Assembly: GCF_009914755.1 (NCBI RefSeq)
Contig: NC_060933.1
Source: the human T2T-CHM13v2.0 reference genome, Homo sapiens
Strand: one strand, 5' to 3'
Length of the DNA stretch: 64,000 nucleotides
The position numbers and the translations under genes were made by a program. The stretch's first letter is position 1. Every line of letters begins with the position of its first letter. Shown here piece after piece: positions 1 through 14,756 of the stretch. The notes below the pieces were generated by a model. That model did no database searches and had not been told where the DNA came from. It saw only the letters and a list, made by a program, of their open reading frames with translations.

Positions 1-789
1 GTATGGGGCATCGTAGGGACGTGGCTCGGAGCTGATAGACACTGTGTTGGAATTTGGCCAAGTCTCTTAGTGTATGTATGAGGAGGAGGGATGTGCAGAA
101 GAAGTTGTCTGTGCCAAGAATTTATGGTTTTCACAGGTTAAGACAGTGGTGCCTGGGATCATCTGCAAGGCATGAGTCAAATGTTGACACAATGATTGTT
201 TGCAGACTCATCTGAGGGCTTAGGCAGATCTGGACCTGTTGATACTGAAGTTTCTGAAGGTAGAGGAAGAAAACATAATGTCTCAATAATATCTGAAGTA
301 GGGGTAGGAAAACAGAGATTTAAGGAGGTGAGATCCCTTAAGGCCTCAGAAAGAAGCTTCACTTCTTGCGCCTCCCTTCAGAGTAAATGGGTCATTAAAT
401 TAGTTTTTGTAACCAACCTGGGAATGATGGTGAAGAAGGGAATAATGAGAGGAAAAACTTTAAATAAGAATGCCTGAGAGATAATACTAGGTCAGTGGGA
501 GAGAAAGAAATTTCCAAGAAGTTGTCATGGGAAAGGGCTCACGAATAATAAATAAAAAATTAGTTATTAATAATATAAATTAATATATGAAAAATATATA
601 AGACATCTGCCAACAGCCACACTTACAGCACTAGATGGATTTTAACTGAATTAAAACTTGAGTTTTTAATGAATTTTCTACAATCCAAAATTTATTTGTT
701 TAATTTTTGTAACAAAACACCATTTCTTTACTTTTTGCAAAAGTAAAAGTAAAGTGCTATTTGTACTTTTTAAATAAAAACTAATTTTA

Positions 790-937
790 AAGAAAAAAAT
801 AATTAGCTGGACGTGGTGGCAGGAGCCTGTAATCCCAGCTACTGGGGAGGCTGAGGCAGGAGAATTGCGGAGGTTGCAGTGAGCCCAGATGGCCCCACTT
901 CATCCAGCCTGGGTGACAGAGTGAGACTCTGTCTCAA
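790..937 (+). mobile_element. Alu right monomer fragment (internal deletion, no poly(A) tail)
   Basis: AATTAGCTGGACGTGGTGG...CCTGTAATCCCAGCTACT...GACAGAGTGAGACTCTGTCTC matches the Alu right arm, then runs directly into AAGCTTC. Confidence 0.9.
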
Positions 938-1282
938 GCTTCTTCAGTACTCACATGTAAACTTCTACTTTCCCCTTCAGATTACAGCAACCATCATGCC
1001 AAAGCTATACACTCTCAGGGAATCCCTGTGGATTTCACTGATGACCACTTGACCAACTATTATAAAAATCAAGGCCAGGGGTTCTCAAACTCTCAACATT
1101 TGTGTGCTCATCTCCCCTTCACCCAGAGACTCCCCAGGGCTGCTGGGCCACGCTTTGTTTGGTTTGACTGGAACATAGCTCAAAAGGGATGGAAATTTCC
1201 AAGAGGTGTTAAGAGACACATAAATATTTCAAAGATTAAAATGAAAGAAATAAAGAAATGGGCATTTGTGAGCTTTGGTCAT

Positions 1283-1720
1283 GAGAATGCAGGCCTCGCA
1301 GTACTTAGCTACTTCCAAACCCCTGTCCAAAGAGAGGACCAAACGCTAGTGAGGCTTCCGGCAGCACAAGGGTGTCCCGCGGATGACCCCAGCCCTCTTA
1401 AAATGACTGCCTGAAAAAGCTCACTTGCAAAGAAAATTTACTGTTTGTTTCAGGCAAAACCTGGTGATGGGCAGGTAGAGCCCCGAATCCCCTCTTAGAA
1501 CCTTAGAAAGCTTGCAATTATAAATTTTTCTCCACCTTTGAAGTGTAAATCTACATTCCAGAATTGTCTCCTCAAAGACCTGAGAGTTCTCTCTTTGAAA
1601 TGCAAACATTCAGGAAGCTAACTCTTGCTCTTGTTGCCAGTTCCTGAGGGAGGGGAAAGGCCTAGCTTTGGCGAGCACCTTGCTCCAGCTTGCACCTCTG
1701 ACTCTTTTATTGCCATGAAA
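1283..1720 (+). mobile_element. ERV1-class LTR fragment (MER89/MER90/MER110-like)
   Basis: TTTGAAATGCAAACATTCAGG...CCAGTTCCTGAGGGAGGGGAAAGGCCTAGCTTTGGCGAGCACCTTGCTCCAG resembles my recollection of this LTR group. Boundaries approximate. Confidence 0.45.
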
Positions 1721-2725
1721 ATCAACATGTAGACTTTTTTCAAACCCAATGACAGCCCATTACAATGGAGGCCATAGCAATGGAGGTCTCTACATGCAAA
1801 AAAAATGGTGGGACAGTTTCCTGATAACAGGTCAACTTTATTCCAAGGATAAGCATGTCATGAAATTATTGGATGGCAGATTATGCTTATCTATGGTCTT
1901 CCTTTTTCTCCTTGGTCTCATCCCAATAACTTACAGATCCTTTAAAGGCAAAGGCCAAATATTCAGCTAAGTTAGGCATACTTTAGATGCCAATATCAAT
2001 TTTAGCTATATGGGAGATCCTACTTAAGATATTGAGGACGATCATGTGTGTACAGGGCAAAAAAGATGGGACAAAGAGATAAGAAGGGGATGGGAAATCA
2101 CACCCTCCCTCCGCACCACAGACCATGACCTGGGGCAGGTCCTGTAACACCAAGCCCACCCAGGCCCCATCTAACAGTATGCCGCATTCTACATGACCTC
2201 AGAGTTCTTTCGGAATTCCAGCTGAAAAGCTGAAAAGCAATACTATATAGTTGTGGTTTCCAGCTGGCCCATGTTAGTATGTATGGCTTTTCTTCCTCGC
2301 CATGAAAGCACTATGGGAGAACGAAGCCCGATGCTGGGCATGCTTTGCCAGGTGGGTGCTGCTGAATCACAGACCTCAGCAACTGTGTTCCGCCTCCACA
2401 GAGGCCGGAGATGTTTGTTTCCCCAGTGTGTTCGTATATTTCAGCCAGTTTCATGCACTTTGCCCTCTCAGTTTGCTTCACTTTCTGGCTCAGTGAACCT
2501 GACCTGCAAGTCTCCCTGCAGTTTCCCTCAGCAAGTGCTCACTGGGCAGCCCCAACATGTGAGAAACGGCTGTAGGGTGCACAGAGGTGAACTAAATTAC
2601 TAAAAACTATTACTTTACTAAAATGCTTCCTGGATTCCAAAACTCACCAACTGGGAGAAAGGTCAGACACACACGGAGACAACTCATCTACACAAATGAT
2701 CATCAGTGATTTAAAGAAGGTACAG

Positions 2726-2757
2726 CAGAGCGAGACTCCGTCTCAAAAAAAAAAGAA
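2726..2757 (+). mobile_element. Extremely 5'-truncated Alu (last 19 nt plus A tail)
   Basis: CAGAGCGAGACTCCGTCTC plus A-rich tail. TSD AAAGAAGGTACAG (2713-2725) / AAAGAACGTACAG (2758-2770). Confidence 0.9.
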
Positions 2758-3541
2758 AAAGAACGTACAGGAGATCATGGAATAAGAACAAGAAGAGATT
2801 ACTTTCCAGGGCTCTCAGAAAGTTTCTAAAAAGAGGTGCCATTGACCCTGACCTTAGCATTGTGATGGAGACATTACAGAGCTGGTAGGAAGGAGAAGAA
2901 GAAGGAACGGCTGGAACACACTTGGGGTGAAATGAGCGGCATTTCAGTGTGGGAGCTGCAGACTCAGTTTTGGTGGAAGAGTTAAGAGCCAGGATCTTGT
3001 CAGGAATAATTCTGTGTCCAAGTGCAGAATCGTGGTTTGCTCCACTACTGCCAGTAACTCCATTTCTCAATCATGATGGTGATGCTTTTTTTTTTTTTTG
3101 GCTCCCAATCCCGGAGAGTGGCCATACTGAAGTCATATTACAACAATTAACTTTTCAACTATTAGATGATTAATTTTTACCAAGTAGCAAGAACAGCTGT
3201 TTGGCACGTAGCAGTGTGGCATGAGTATCTTGTAAATGAATTAAACAAAATATCTCTCCAACACACACACAGTCATTCTTGCTGCATGTCAGCCTCCACT
3301 TCTCCCTCCATTATTTGATGCTGTGAAGCTGAGGCAGCCAGCTTGAGCGAAAGCTTTCAGATCTCACTCCAACAAAGAGCTTTGATTGATTCATTTAGTA
3401 TAAGGTGTTTTATCTGGCTAGAGAAATCCAAGCTGAGTTTTATTAATTACTAAGAAAAGTATGCAATAGATTAATCTTTGATCAAAACTATGTGTGAAGT
3501 AGAAACATATTACACATATGGAGAGCAGTTTTATGGAATAA

Positions 3542-3877
<336 letters not shown>

Positions 3878-4479
3878 TATAAATAATTTTTAAAACAGAT
3901 ACAGAATATATAGATAGCTTAACAATTATAAAATTGTATTTATCAAGTAGGTCACGAGGTAAACATTTTACGCTATGCAAAAGGGAGCAAACCTCTGAAT
4001 TTGTCATGCAGGGTCACTAGTGGAACTCACAGCAACAGGTCTGATAAAGCAGAGGAGGGAACCGGGCTTCCGTGTGCTTTAGAGAGAGTGAAACATGAGG
4101 AGTCACAGGCAGAGAAAACTGTTTTTCAGAAAGAAAAGAAAGGGGACATGACAGCCCAGCAGTAGGGTGAAGAGGGCCTCTCCGTGGGTGCCGCTGGCTT
4201 GAGCTGCTGTAAGTGGCTGTGCCGGGAACAGAGGATCTGTATAGGAGAATGGGGAAGGGAGTGCTGGAACCGGGGGTGGGCAGGAGCAGCAGTCTGGAGA
4301 CCAGAATGACCTAGGGTTTCCTCTCATGCTCCCATTCCCAGTGTTTCACGTGTGTAAAGTAGCAAGCATGCATATACTGCTTAGAGGCATCTACACTTAA
4401 CATACTACACTCATATACAACACTTGCATCGTACAAAGTACACATAGTAGGTGTGGCATGTAATAAGTTACCCTCCTAT

Positions 4480-7400
4480 ATTTTCTTCTAAAAGATTTTT
4501 AAATATTTGCATCTCAAATTTAAGTCCTTTGTCCATTTAGATCTGGCCTTTGTGTGATAGCGATCCATTTTTGGGATAGAGATCCATTCTGATATTTTCC
4601 CATATGGATACCAACTGCTCATACCATGGATTATATAGACCCTTTCTGACTGTTCTGTAATGTTAGCCAGGGCATACATCAAGATTTCACACAAGCATAC
4701 ACTTTCACAATAGCAATTCCTGCTGTGGTAATTATAACTTCACAGTAAATCTGGTACGTGATAGACTCACATAAGCTCCACCTCCCACCTTCACACACTT
4801 TAGTCTTCTATGGGATTGTCTTAGTTATACTGGGCCCTTTTATCTTCCGTATAAGCTTTGGAAGCAGTTTAGTGACAATGGTACTCTTGTCTTTTTCTTG
4901 ATTTTAAAAGGAGTGATTTCGATATTTTTAATCACAAAACATGATAGGTGCTGTAGGTTATTTGTTGACTCCTTTTATCAGGTTAAGGAAATTACCCTTT
5001 ATTCATAGGTGGAAATATCATGAATTATTTAATTTTTGTAAAATAATTTTATAGGCCTTTTGAGACAATCATATAACTTTTGTCTTTAATTCATTGATAA
5101 GGAGATGATTTCAGTAGATTTTCTAACATTGAACTAAATTTGTATTACTAACCGAGCTTGTTCATGGTTTTTATACTTTGCTAGGTATACTTCCTAGTAT
5201 TTTGTTTACAATATTTGTCTCTGTGTGCATGGATGAGGTACACAATAGCAAGGTTACCCTAGTCTCAAATGAATTGAAGAATGGCCTCTTTTTTCTCCCC
5301 TCGCAAATAATTAGTGTAACATTGGAACTACTTGTGACATCATCTGGGCATCCTGTTTTCTTTGTAGAATTATTAATTATCAACTCAATTACTTTAATGG
5401 TATGATTTCCATCCAGATTTTCTAATTATTTGAGTCAACTTTAATAAGTTAAATGTATCCAAAAATTTGTTAATCTCACTTATTTACAAATGCATATATT
5501 TAATTGTCTTATTACTTAATGAAATAGATCATAAATATAAAAGTGTGTGTGTACAGCTTAAGAAGAATATAAAATGAGCATATGTGTCCTTCCTTCAGGT
5601 TATGAAATAGAATATTTCCAGTATCTTAGAAACTCCCATTGCCCTTCTACAATGCCACTCACTCCTTCCACAAGAGGTAACCACTATCCCTAACTTCCTG
5701 TTAATCATTCCATTGCTTGTCATTACAGACTTGTATATTGTTTAGTTTTGCACATTTGACTTTTTAAATAAGTGAAACTATGTATTGTTTCTTATGATCA
5801 GATATGCATACACACAAACATGTATATGTATGTATATATACACACATACACACATTATTTTTAAGAGCAGTTCAAAGTTCACAGCAAAACTGAGCAGCAG
5901 GTATAGATTTCCCATATACTCCCTGTCCCCCACACATGCATAGCCTCCCCCATAATAAACATCCCCCACCAGAGTGGTGCATTTGTTACAATTAAAGAAC
6001 CTACATGATACATCTTATAGTTTGCATTAAGGTTCACACTTGGGCTTGGACAAATTTACAATGACAAGTATTCACTATTAAAATATCATACACGTACTTT
6101 CACTGCCTTAAGCATCCTCTGTGCTCTGGTTATTCATCCCTCTCTTCCTCCTAACTCCTGGGAACCACTGATTTTTTTTTCTATTTCTATAGTATTACCT
6201 TTTCCAGAAGGTCATAAAGTTGGAAGTGACATACGTAGCCTTTTTAGATTGGCTTCTTTCATTCTGCAATATGCATGTAAGCTTCCACTGTGTCTTTTCA
6301 TGGCTTGACAGCCATTTATTTTATCATTGAATGGTATTCAGTTGTCTGGATGTAATACAGTTTGTTTAATTATTCACCTACTGAAGGTAATCTTGCTTGT
6401 CTCCAAATTTTTGCAATTATAAATAAAACGTCCATAAACATCTGTGTGCAGGTTTCTGTGTGGACATAAGTTTTCAACTCCTTTGGGTATATACCAAGAA
6501 ACAAGATTGCGGGGTCGTATAATAAGAGTAGATTTAGTTTTCTAAGATGCCACAAAACTATTCTCCATTTTGTATTTCCATCAGCACTGAATGAGAGTTC
6601 CTGTTGCTTCACATCCTCATCAGCATTTGGTGTTGTCAGAGTTCTGGATTTTTGCCATTCTAATATGCATGCAGTAGTATCTCATTGCAGTGCTGTGTTT
6701 GAGAATGTGAGTAGCTGCAGTTCATTCACTCTTAGTGCTGCGAGGTACTCTATTATTGGAATATATGATCATTTAGTTACCTATTCCACAATCTACCCAT
6801 ATTGAGAGATAACTGGATTGTTTCCAGGTTTTTAAAATTGTGAACATTCTCATATATCCCTAGGTAAACAAATGCAAGAATTTTTCTGGGGCCTGTAACA
6901 GGCTGACTAGATTGCACTAGGTTGTAGTGAAGCCACTGGGTCATAGGGTACATGCATGATCAGCTGTATGAGCTAACATCCGTTTTCCAAATGGCTGTCC
7001 TTCTACTTGCATGGGATGAATGCTTCCACGGTTCTTTATCCTTGCCAATACTACACCTTTCAGAACTTCCAAAAAATTTTGTCAATATGTGTGAAAGGGT
7101 ATCTAATTGTTAATTTTCATTTTCATGATTATTATTAGGTTGAGCACTTTTTCACATGCTTATGGGCTATTTATGCTAACTTCTTGAGGTGTTATTTTTC
7201 ACTTATTAATTTATAGGAGAGCTTTATATATTCTGGATACTAAACCTGTCTAGGTAACATGTGTTGCAAATATCTCTGCCAAGTTTTGCATATTTTTTTC
7301 TCATTGCGGTATCCAATAAACAGAAGTCTTAAATTTTTATGTGATCAAGTTAGTTTTTACTCTTGCCGTTTGTTCTTCTTCCCTATGTAAAGATAAAAGA

Positions 7401-7640
7401 GATGCTCCACAGTTTTTTTCTAAGAATGTTGAGAAGGTATCTTTATCCATTAAAATATATTTTTAGGTTTGGTCTATGGGATTAAGTTTCAATTTCCTTT
7501 TTTCCCCCTTATGGAGACCAGTGGTCCCAGTGTTGCTTATTGTAAAATTTACTATCTTCACTTAACCACAAGAAAAGCTGTGTTACAAAATATGTTTCCA
7601 AGTATGTGTGAAAAATATATTTATCTTTATGATTCTACTC
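4480..7640 (-). mobile_element. Cluster of ancient L1M fragments including an L1MC-type 3' end (~5856-6690)
   Basis: AAGAGCAGTTCAAAGTTCACAGCAAAACTGAGCAG...CCCCCACCAGAGTGGTGCATTTGTTACAAT is typical of L1MC 3' ends. ORF 6370-6612 has the ORF2 C-terminal motif YDPAILFLGIYPKELK. Confidence 0.75.
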
Positions 7641-7664
7641 AGATTAATTAGCTCTCAGGACTGC

Positions 7665-8208
7665 TGTGTCCAGAGTTGATTCCTTCTGGTGGGTTCGTGG
7701 TGTTGCTGACTTGAAGAATGAAGCCGCCGACCTTCACGGTGAGTGTTACCGCTCTTAAAGATGGCAAGGACCCGAAGAGTGAGCAGTAGCAAGGTTTATT
7801 GGGAAGAGCTAAAGAACAAAGCTTCCACAACGGGGAAGAGCACCCACGCAGGTTGCTGCTGCTGGGGTGGGGGTGGGGGGGTGGCCAGGTTTTATTCCCT
7901 TATTTGTCACGTTTCTATCCTATCAGAGTGCCCTTTTTTTCAATCCTCCCTGTGATTGACTACTTTTAGAATCCTGCCGATTGATGCGTTTTTACAGAGC
8001 TTGCTGATTGGTGTGTTTTACAGAGCGCTGATTGGTGTGTTTTACAGAGCATGGATTGGTGCGTTTTACAGAGCGCTGATTGGTACATTTCACAGAACTC
8101 GTGAGACAGGTAAGTTCCTGATTGGTGCATTTTACTATCCTCTGGTAAGACAGGAAATTTCCCCAAGTCCCCACTCGACCCAGGAAGTCTGGCTGGCCTC
8201 AGCTCTTG
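7665..8208 (-). mobile_element. LTR12-family solo LTR (LTR12F-like, ERV9)
   Basis: Starts TGTGTCCAGAGTTGATTCC. Contains 24-bp repeats with ATTGG (CCAAT). Ends near CCCCACTCGACCCAGGAAGTCTGGCTGG. Flanks CTGC/CTAC form a 4-bp TSD with one mismatch. Confidence 0.9.
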
Positions 8209-9424
8209 CTACCAGAGGCTAATTTCCACCCTGGTATTTCTCAGGCCCATAGATAGTGTGAATTCAAACCCAAACCAATATGGCTATTGTTTTGTATTTA
8301 GAAATTATCATACGTTTTTTATTTTTCATTTTTTTGTCTACCCTATTGGGACCAAGACAAGCACATATTTTCACTTTCTTATGGGGGTGGGATTTTCCTA
8401 GCCCAGGCACTTAACGTGCTTCTTTTTAGAAATCCTAGATTTATGCAGGAGGCATTTTAGCCTATATTCCTTCCTGCATGGGCATCAGTCTCTGTTTCCT
8501 GAATTAGGTGCTCATGGGTCTGGGCCAGTAGGTCCTGGGAGACACCGCAGGGCAAATGCCAGATGAGACACTCACACCTCTGGATTCAGACTTTTTTTGC
8601 TCTTCTAGATATCTGAAAATTTGCCTTACTTTGACTCAGCCCATGCATTAAAGCAGATGCTTTTAAATATTTTATGATGCATGTTTTAGGAAAGGGTCTG
8701 TCTGGGTATTTCTTCTTTCGATTTGCATTTTTCATTCAGTTCTTCTTTCACACTATCCTAAGCATTAATCAACTCGCCATTTATGTCAGTACAAAACTTC
8801 ACTATCCTGTTCATTATCACCATTTCATTTTGTTCTGCATAGGCCAGACTATTTATCTAAAAATGTTTAAAGAAATCTAAGGCCTTAAAGGATTCTTTCT
8901 CAAGGACTCTACTGTTTGTATTTAGAGAAATGCTCATTTGTTCCACTGTTTTACTTTCTTCTTGGGTCACGCTCTTTGATGACTGCGATCTTACAGAGGA
9001 TGACAAAAGAGGGCCCACCCTGAGACAGTAATACCTGCTTGCCCCTTTGGATTTTATTAGTGTTATCAAAATATTAATAAAATGTCAAAAACAAATTACT
9101 ATCATTAGAATGTGTGCCTCACTTAAAAATTTCTCTCTCTAATAAGAAGTTTTTGTTTCCTAGTTCCTTTGGTACCCTAATGTTTAGGTAAATATTCTCT
9201 GAGGAAAGGATGTGGAAGTCATAGCAAAATATATGCTGGACTTGAATGAAAATATCTGTTTCATAAAAGTTAAGCAGGCAACCAAAATTTACCTTTTTTA
9301 ACCTAAATTATCTAAACATGTATTTACATTTCTGTTTCATTGAAAGATATTTGACATTAAATGTCCCTGAGACAGATTTTGGAATGCCCTCTCCTTCTAA
9401 AATATATTTTTTATCTTTTGTGGA

Positions 9425-9520
9425 CTAAACAGTTAGTTAAAAATGAACTTAATGATTGCTAATTACTAAGTTATCTAAACAGTTATTTAAAAATGAACTT
9501 AATGATTGCTACTTAGTTAT
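9425..9520. repeat. ~50-bp tandem duplication
   Basis: CTAAACAGTTA(G/T)TTAAAAATGAACTTAATGATTGCTA occurs at 9425 and 9475. Confidence 0.9.
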
Positions 9521-10582
9521 TTATAATGCATTTCAAAATTAACTTTATCATCTAAACCTTTTAACACAAATGTATTAAATTATGAAACAGGGAATTGGCT
9601 ATTTTTGTTCAAATGTTTATTCTCATCAAACTTAAAATATCACTCAGCTATATGATTAAAAATGAAGGCTTCAGTCATTAAATTATTTCCCAGTTATTTG
9701 CGATATTTCTCCGTATTAAAGGAACAAACAGTGCCCTTCGAATCTGTTGATAGTTCTATTGATAGTGGCCATCACAAGTTACACATTATCAATAAGGTCA
9801 AGGCACAAATAAAATTTCTCCCTTGCTTTTCACTCAAAAACTACAAGTATAGTTCTTTGATAAGATGTCCCAATCATGATTTGTGATGCCAATCATAGAA
9901 GGAAAGAGGATGTTGAGAAACAATAAAATAGCTACTTTAAAATGTTCTGTGCCTGAACATTTTGATGGCAATATTGGTCATATTATAAATTTGAAAATAT
10001 AAATTTTAATCTAGATTGACTTTATTCTACTAGTGATTTTAAGAGCTTTATCCAAGAGAAACACTTACATTTTTATTCCTAATGTTTCTTTAAAAATGTG
10101 AAACTCTTTTTTTTTTTTATAATTTTAAGAATTCCTAGATAAGCAGAACATAGAGCCAACTGTTATGTTCTGGTTGTTTTTAATAGGTATATTTATGTTA
10201 TCCCCCAAATTATAATTTATTAATGTCTAACTTCAGTTAGATGAGTTGATTACTTTTCATACACCATTGACTAAAGGAAACCTAATTTTACACGTAATTC
10301 AAGGGGATCTGTGAGTAAGAACATTTTTAAATTAAAGCAACACATGTGCATGGAAAATCATTCAAACAGTTTGATGGCAAAAAAATCAGTGGAAACCAGA
10401 AACTTTTTTTTTCCTTCCACAGACCTTGGTCCTGTTTTTCAGAGTTAGGCAGGTTTTATCATACTCTTTTTTTTACTATATGCTATTCTCTTGAACTGTA
10501 AATAATATTATATAATCACCTAATTTGTTTTATCAGTTTTAAGTAATATCCCTTGACTTTTTATGAACGATAGAGAATATAG

Positions 10583-10916
<334 letters not shown>

Positions 10917-13245
10917 CATTTACCCCACTTTCTTCTTCTAAAACTATATTTCCAATTTAGTCTTTAATATATAATTTTAAGGGATTTTTAAAAATTTGCT
11001 TCCTCTAAATAATATACTTACAGTGCTTAATTCTTTGCTTAAATAATATATTGTTTAAATATACAGTCCATCCAATTTGAACACCACTGATTGGCTCAGT
11101 AGGATGTGGAGATTAGTGTACAACTTCCCTCCTCTCCAACAGTCCCTGTCATAGCTTTCGACTTGTATCAAATATGGTTCTATACTTATATTTTCACATT
11201 CTATGTAAATTACATCCTATTTTGTAATTATAATAAAGTCTGTGCTTTGTTCATAGGTTAATTTTGATCATGGAATCTCAAGTGAATTGACAGCATCATT
11301 ATTATGTTTTCTTTTTTTTTCAAACCACAGTCGCAGGTGGCATGATTTGATTTGTGTGAAGGCAATGAAATGATACACAGATACACCGAAGCCTCCCAAA
11401 AGAATCCTGGTTCCAAGATTCAAGAAGATGGATTAATGTTTTTCCATTAATTGTTGGAATTTATGCCATTTTTTTACTATGTGCCATCAATTTTAAAGCA
11501 CTTCTGAAAAGAGATAACAATCTACAATAGCTGGCATTTTAAATTCATAAAAATATAGTATTTTCTTCTATTTTTATACATTTATGATGCATTATTTCTT
11601 ATTTCCCAGGAATTTTACTACCTTTGTTTTGAATGATTAAAAAGGAAACATAGCACCTTTTTTCAACACATCACCAAGATAGCCTAGTTAATATTCTTCT
11701 CTTTCTGAAGTAGTTGAATTGGGATAGACAGCTTGCCAGGCCTGCTGCCACTTGTCAGCATCGCATCCCTACATTCAACCACACTTGCATCTAACGACCG
11801 TCTCTTTCATTAAATTTCTTTTGCACCTTTTCTTCCTGAATGAGTGCATGATAGTTAATTTTCCTGTGCACTTGCATGTCTCAAGAAGGTTTTAATTCTT
11901 TTTGTATTGCATTAATATTTAAGTTAAGTTTATAATTGCAAAATGATTTATACTCACAACATTGAAGACTCCTTTGTTTTGTTACATCCTGTCAAAATGA
12001 TGAGAAGACAGATCATCCTTTAGGGAAAAATTGGTTTTGATTGGCGTCAGCCTTTCCAACAGCAATGCTGGAGACAAGAATAAAATGAAGTAATATTTTT
12101 CAAGGATTAAAAGGAAACAATTTTTAATCCTTGAATTATTTGCAGCCAAAATCTTTTAAATATGAAAGCACAGAAAAAGACATTATAAAGTAAGGCCTCA
12201 AAAGTTTTATTTCAAATAAATCCCTTTGAAAATGCCTAGAGGACATACTCCACTAAGAAGAGAAATACACCGTGGTGTTAGAATTGAGGGTTCCAGAATC
12301 AATGGTAGTGGTGTTTATCATACCCTAAAAAATACATGAAAACATAACATATTGAAAACAACTCCGAGTAAACTTCAGAAAGTACCACCTTAGACAAAGT
12401 GCTGTCGTAACAGAGAAAGCAAACCAGAGGTGGCAAGAGGAGGCTAGAGTACTTATTTGGTTTGCTGAGATGATATTAATTTTGACACATGGAGGAAATT
12501 GAGAAAATTAACATAAGTAATGACATAACCACCATTACTATGTTAAAAATTTCCAGATTTCAAACAAATGAAAAATTTTTGATCTATAGAGTGAGAGGTA
12601 CAAATAGGAAAAAAGACACAGTAAAGTATGAAAAATCATAAATGAGATGACAGAAAGAAGTCATAATGGAACAATAATTACATAAATCAAAGGTTAAGAT
12701 TGTCAGGTAAAATTTTTAAGTGTCAAAAAACACAATATAACCTATCGAAAATAAATTAGTGGAAAAAATGTAGCAGGAAAATATGAATAAAAAGAGCTAG
12801 GTCCAATTTTTGATAAAAATTTGAATTCAAGTTGATAATATCCTAAAGAAGGAAAAGTCTGTAGGCCAATAGAAGAAATAGCAGATGCAGAGGTGTGCTC
12901 ACAAACATGAGTGCTCATGACACTAGTCATACAAACTCAAATTCCCATTACAGTTGTATACAAACATGATGGCCGACAAGAAGGAAGTTCCTTTAAGCCC
13001 ACTTGGAGCATTAAGACAAATTTACCATGTGAATCCCTAATTGAACTCTGAGTTACTTCTGTGAAGGAATGAAGAATGATATCATAAATGAATTTCATAT
13101 AGCACTCAAAGCTCCCCCTCTATATGGTTCAGGATAGACTTGAGTATCCACGGTTCTGGAGTGCAAGGGAGGAGAAAGGAAAGGTGCATTCAGACAAAAA
13201 AAAAGTGTACAGAACACACCAGGGATATCAGAAGAGGCTGCTCAT

Positions 13246-13563
<318 letters not shown>

Positions 13564-14271
13564 TCAAGACCAGACTCAGCTCCTAGGCCTTGAACTCCAG
13601 TCCCACCTTACACCCTAAGGTTCCTAAAGAATCAGTAACTTAGTTCACCCTACCCCACTCCTGGCTTCTAGATGTAGCACAAGTTTCTAAACATGCAAAC
13701 AATGAGGACTATCTATTTTGACAAAATAAGAAGAAATGGAGTCAAGGCAACATATAACATATTTTTGCCAGTTCTATTGATTAACAGAAAAATTGTATAT
13801 AGTTAAGGTGTGCAGTGTGTTATTTTGATATACATATACATTGTGAAGTGATGATTACCACAATCAAGCTAACATATTCATCACCTCACCTGGTTACCTT
13901 TTTATTTGTGTTTGTGTGGTGGAGAACACTTGAGATCTACTCTTTCAGCAAATTTCATGTATACATTATTATTGACTTTAGTCACTATGCTGTACATTAG
14001 ATCTCCAGAACTTATTCATCTTATAACTGAAAGTTTGTACCTTCTGACAAACATTTTTTCTTTTCCCCCAACTCCCAGGCCCTGGTAAGCACTATTTTAC
14101 TCTGTTACCATGAGTTTGACATTTTCTTAGTATGCATATAAGTGAAATCATGCAGGATATTTGTGTGTGTGTGTTCCTGGCTTATTTTACTTACCATAAT
14201 AAACTCCAGGTTTGTCCATTTTGTTACAAATGGCAGTATTTCCTCATTTTTAAAGGCTAAATGATATTCCT

Positions 14272-14273
14272 TG

Positions 14274-14316
<43 letters not shown>
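14272..14316. repeat. (TG)n microsatellite
   Basis: Read directly; one interruption. Confidence 0.95.
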
Positions 14317-14320
<4 letters not shown>

Positions 14321-14756
14321 CATTTAAAACATCCATCTGTCAATGGACACAGGTAGTTTCCATATCTTGGCTGTGTACATAACACTGCAATGAACATGTA
14401 AGTATACATATCTCTTTGAGATAGTGATTTTCTTTACTTTGGATATATACCTAGATGGGGATTGCTGGATTATATGGGAGTTCCATTTTTAATTTTTTGA
14501 GGAAACTCCATACTGTCGTCTCTAATGGCTGTACCAATTTACATTCCCATCAACTATCAACTAAGCACAAGGGTTTCTTTTTCTCAATATCCTCAGCAAC
14601 ATTTGTTACCTTTTTACTGTTACAATAGCCATCCTAATAGATGTGAGGTGATATCTCATTGTGCATTTTCCTGATGATTAGTAATGGCAAACATCTTTTT
14701 CTTAGTATATACCTATTGTCAATCATATGTCTTTTAGAAATGTATCTCTTCAGGTC

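Noticed and set aside
1-540. Possible ERV env-like remnant on the minus strand
   Set aside because: Only a vague resemblance (hydrophobic stretch then Cys/Pro). No diagnostic motif such as CWLC or the ISU domain.
7980-8130. 24-bp periodic repeats resembling a CRISPR-like array
   Set aside because: No unique spacers. These are the CCAAT repeats of LTR12 in eukaryotic DNA.
8674-9886. Short ORFs in apparently unique DNA as orphan exons
   Set aside because: No recognisable homology and no consistent splice-site pairs.
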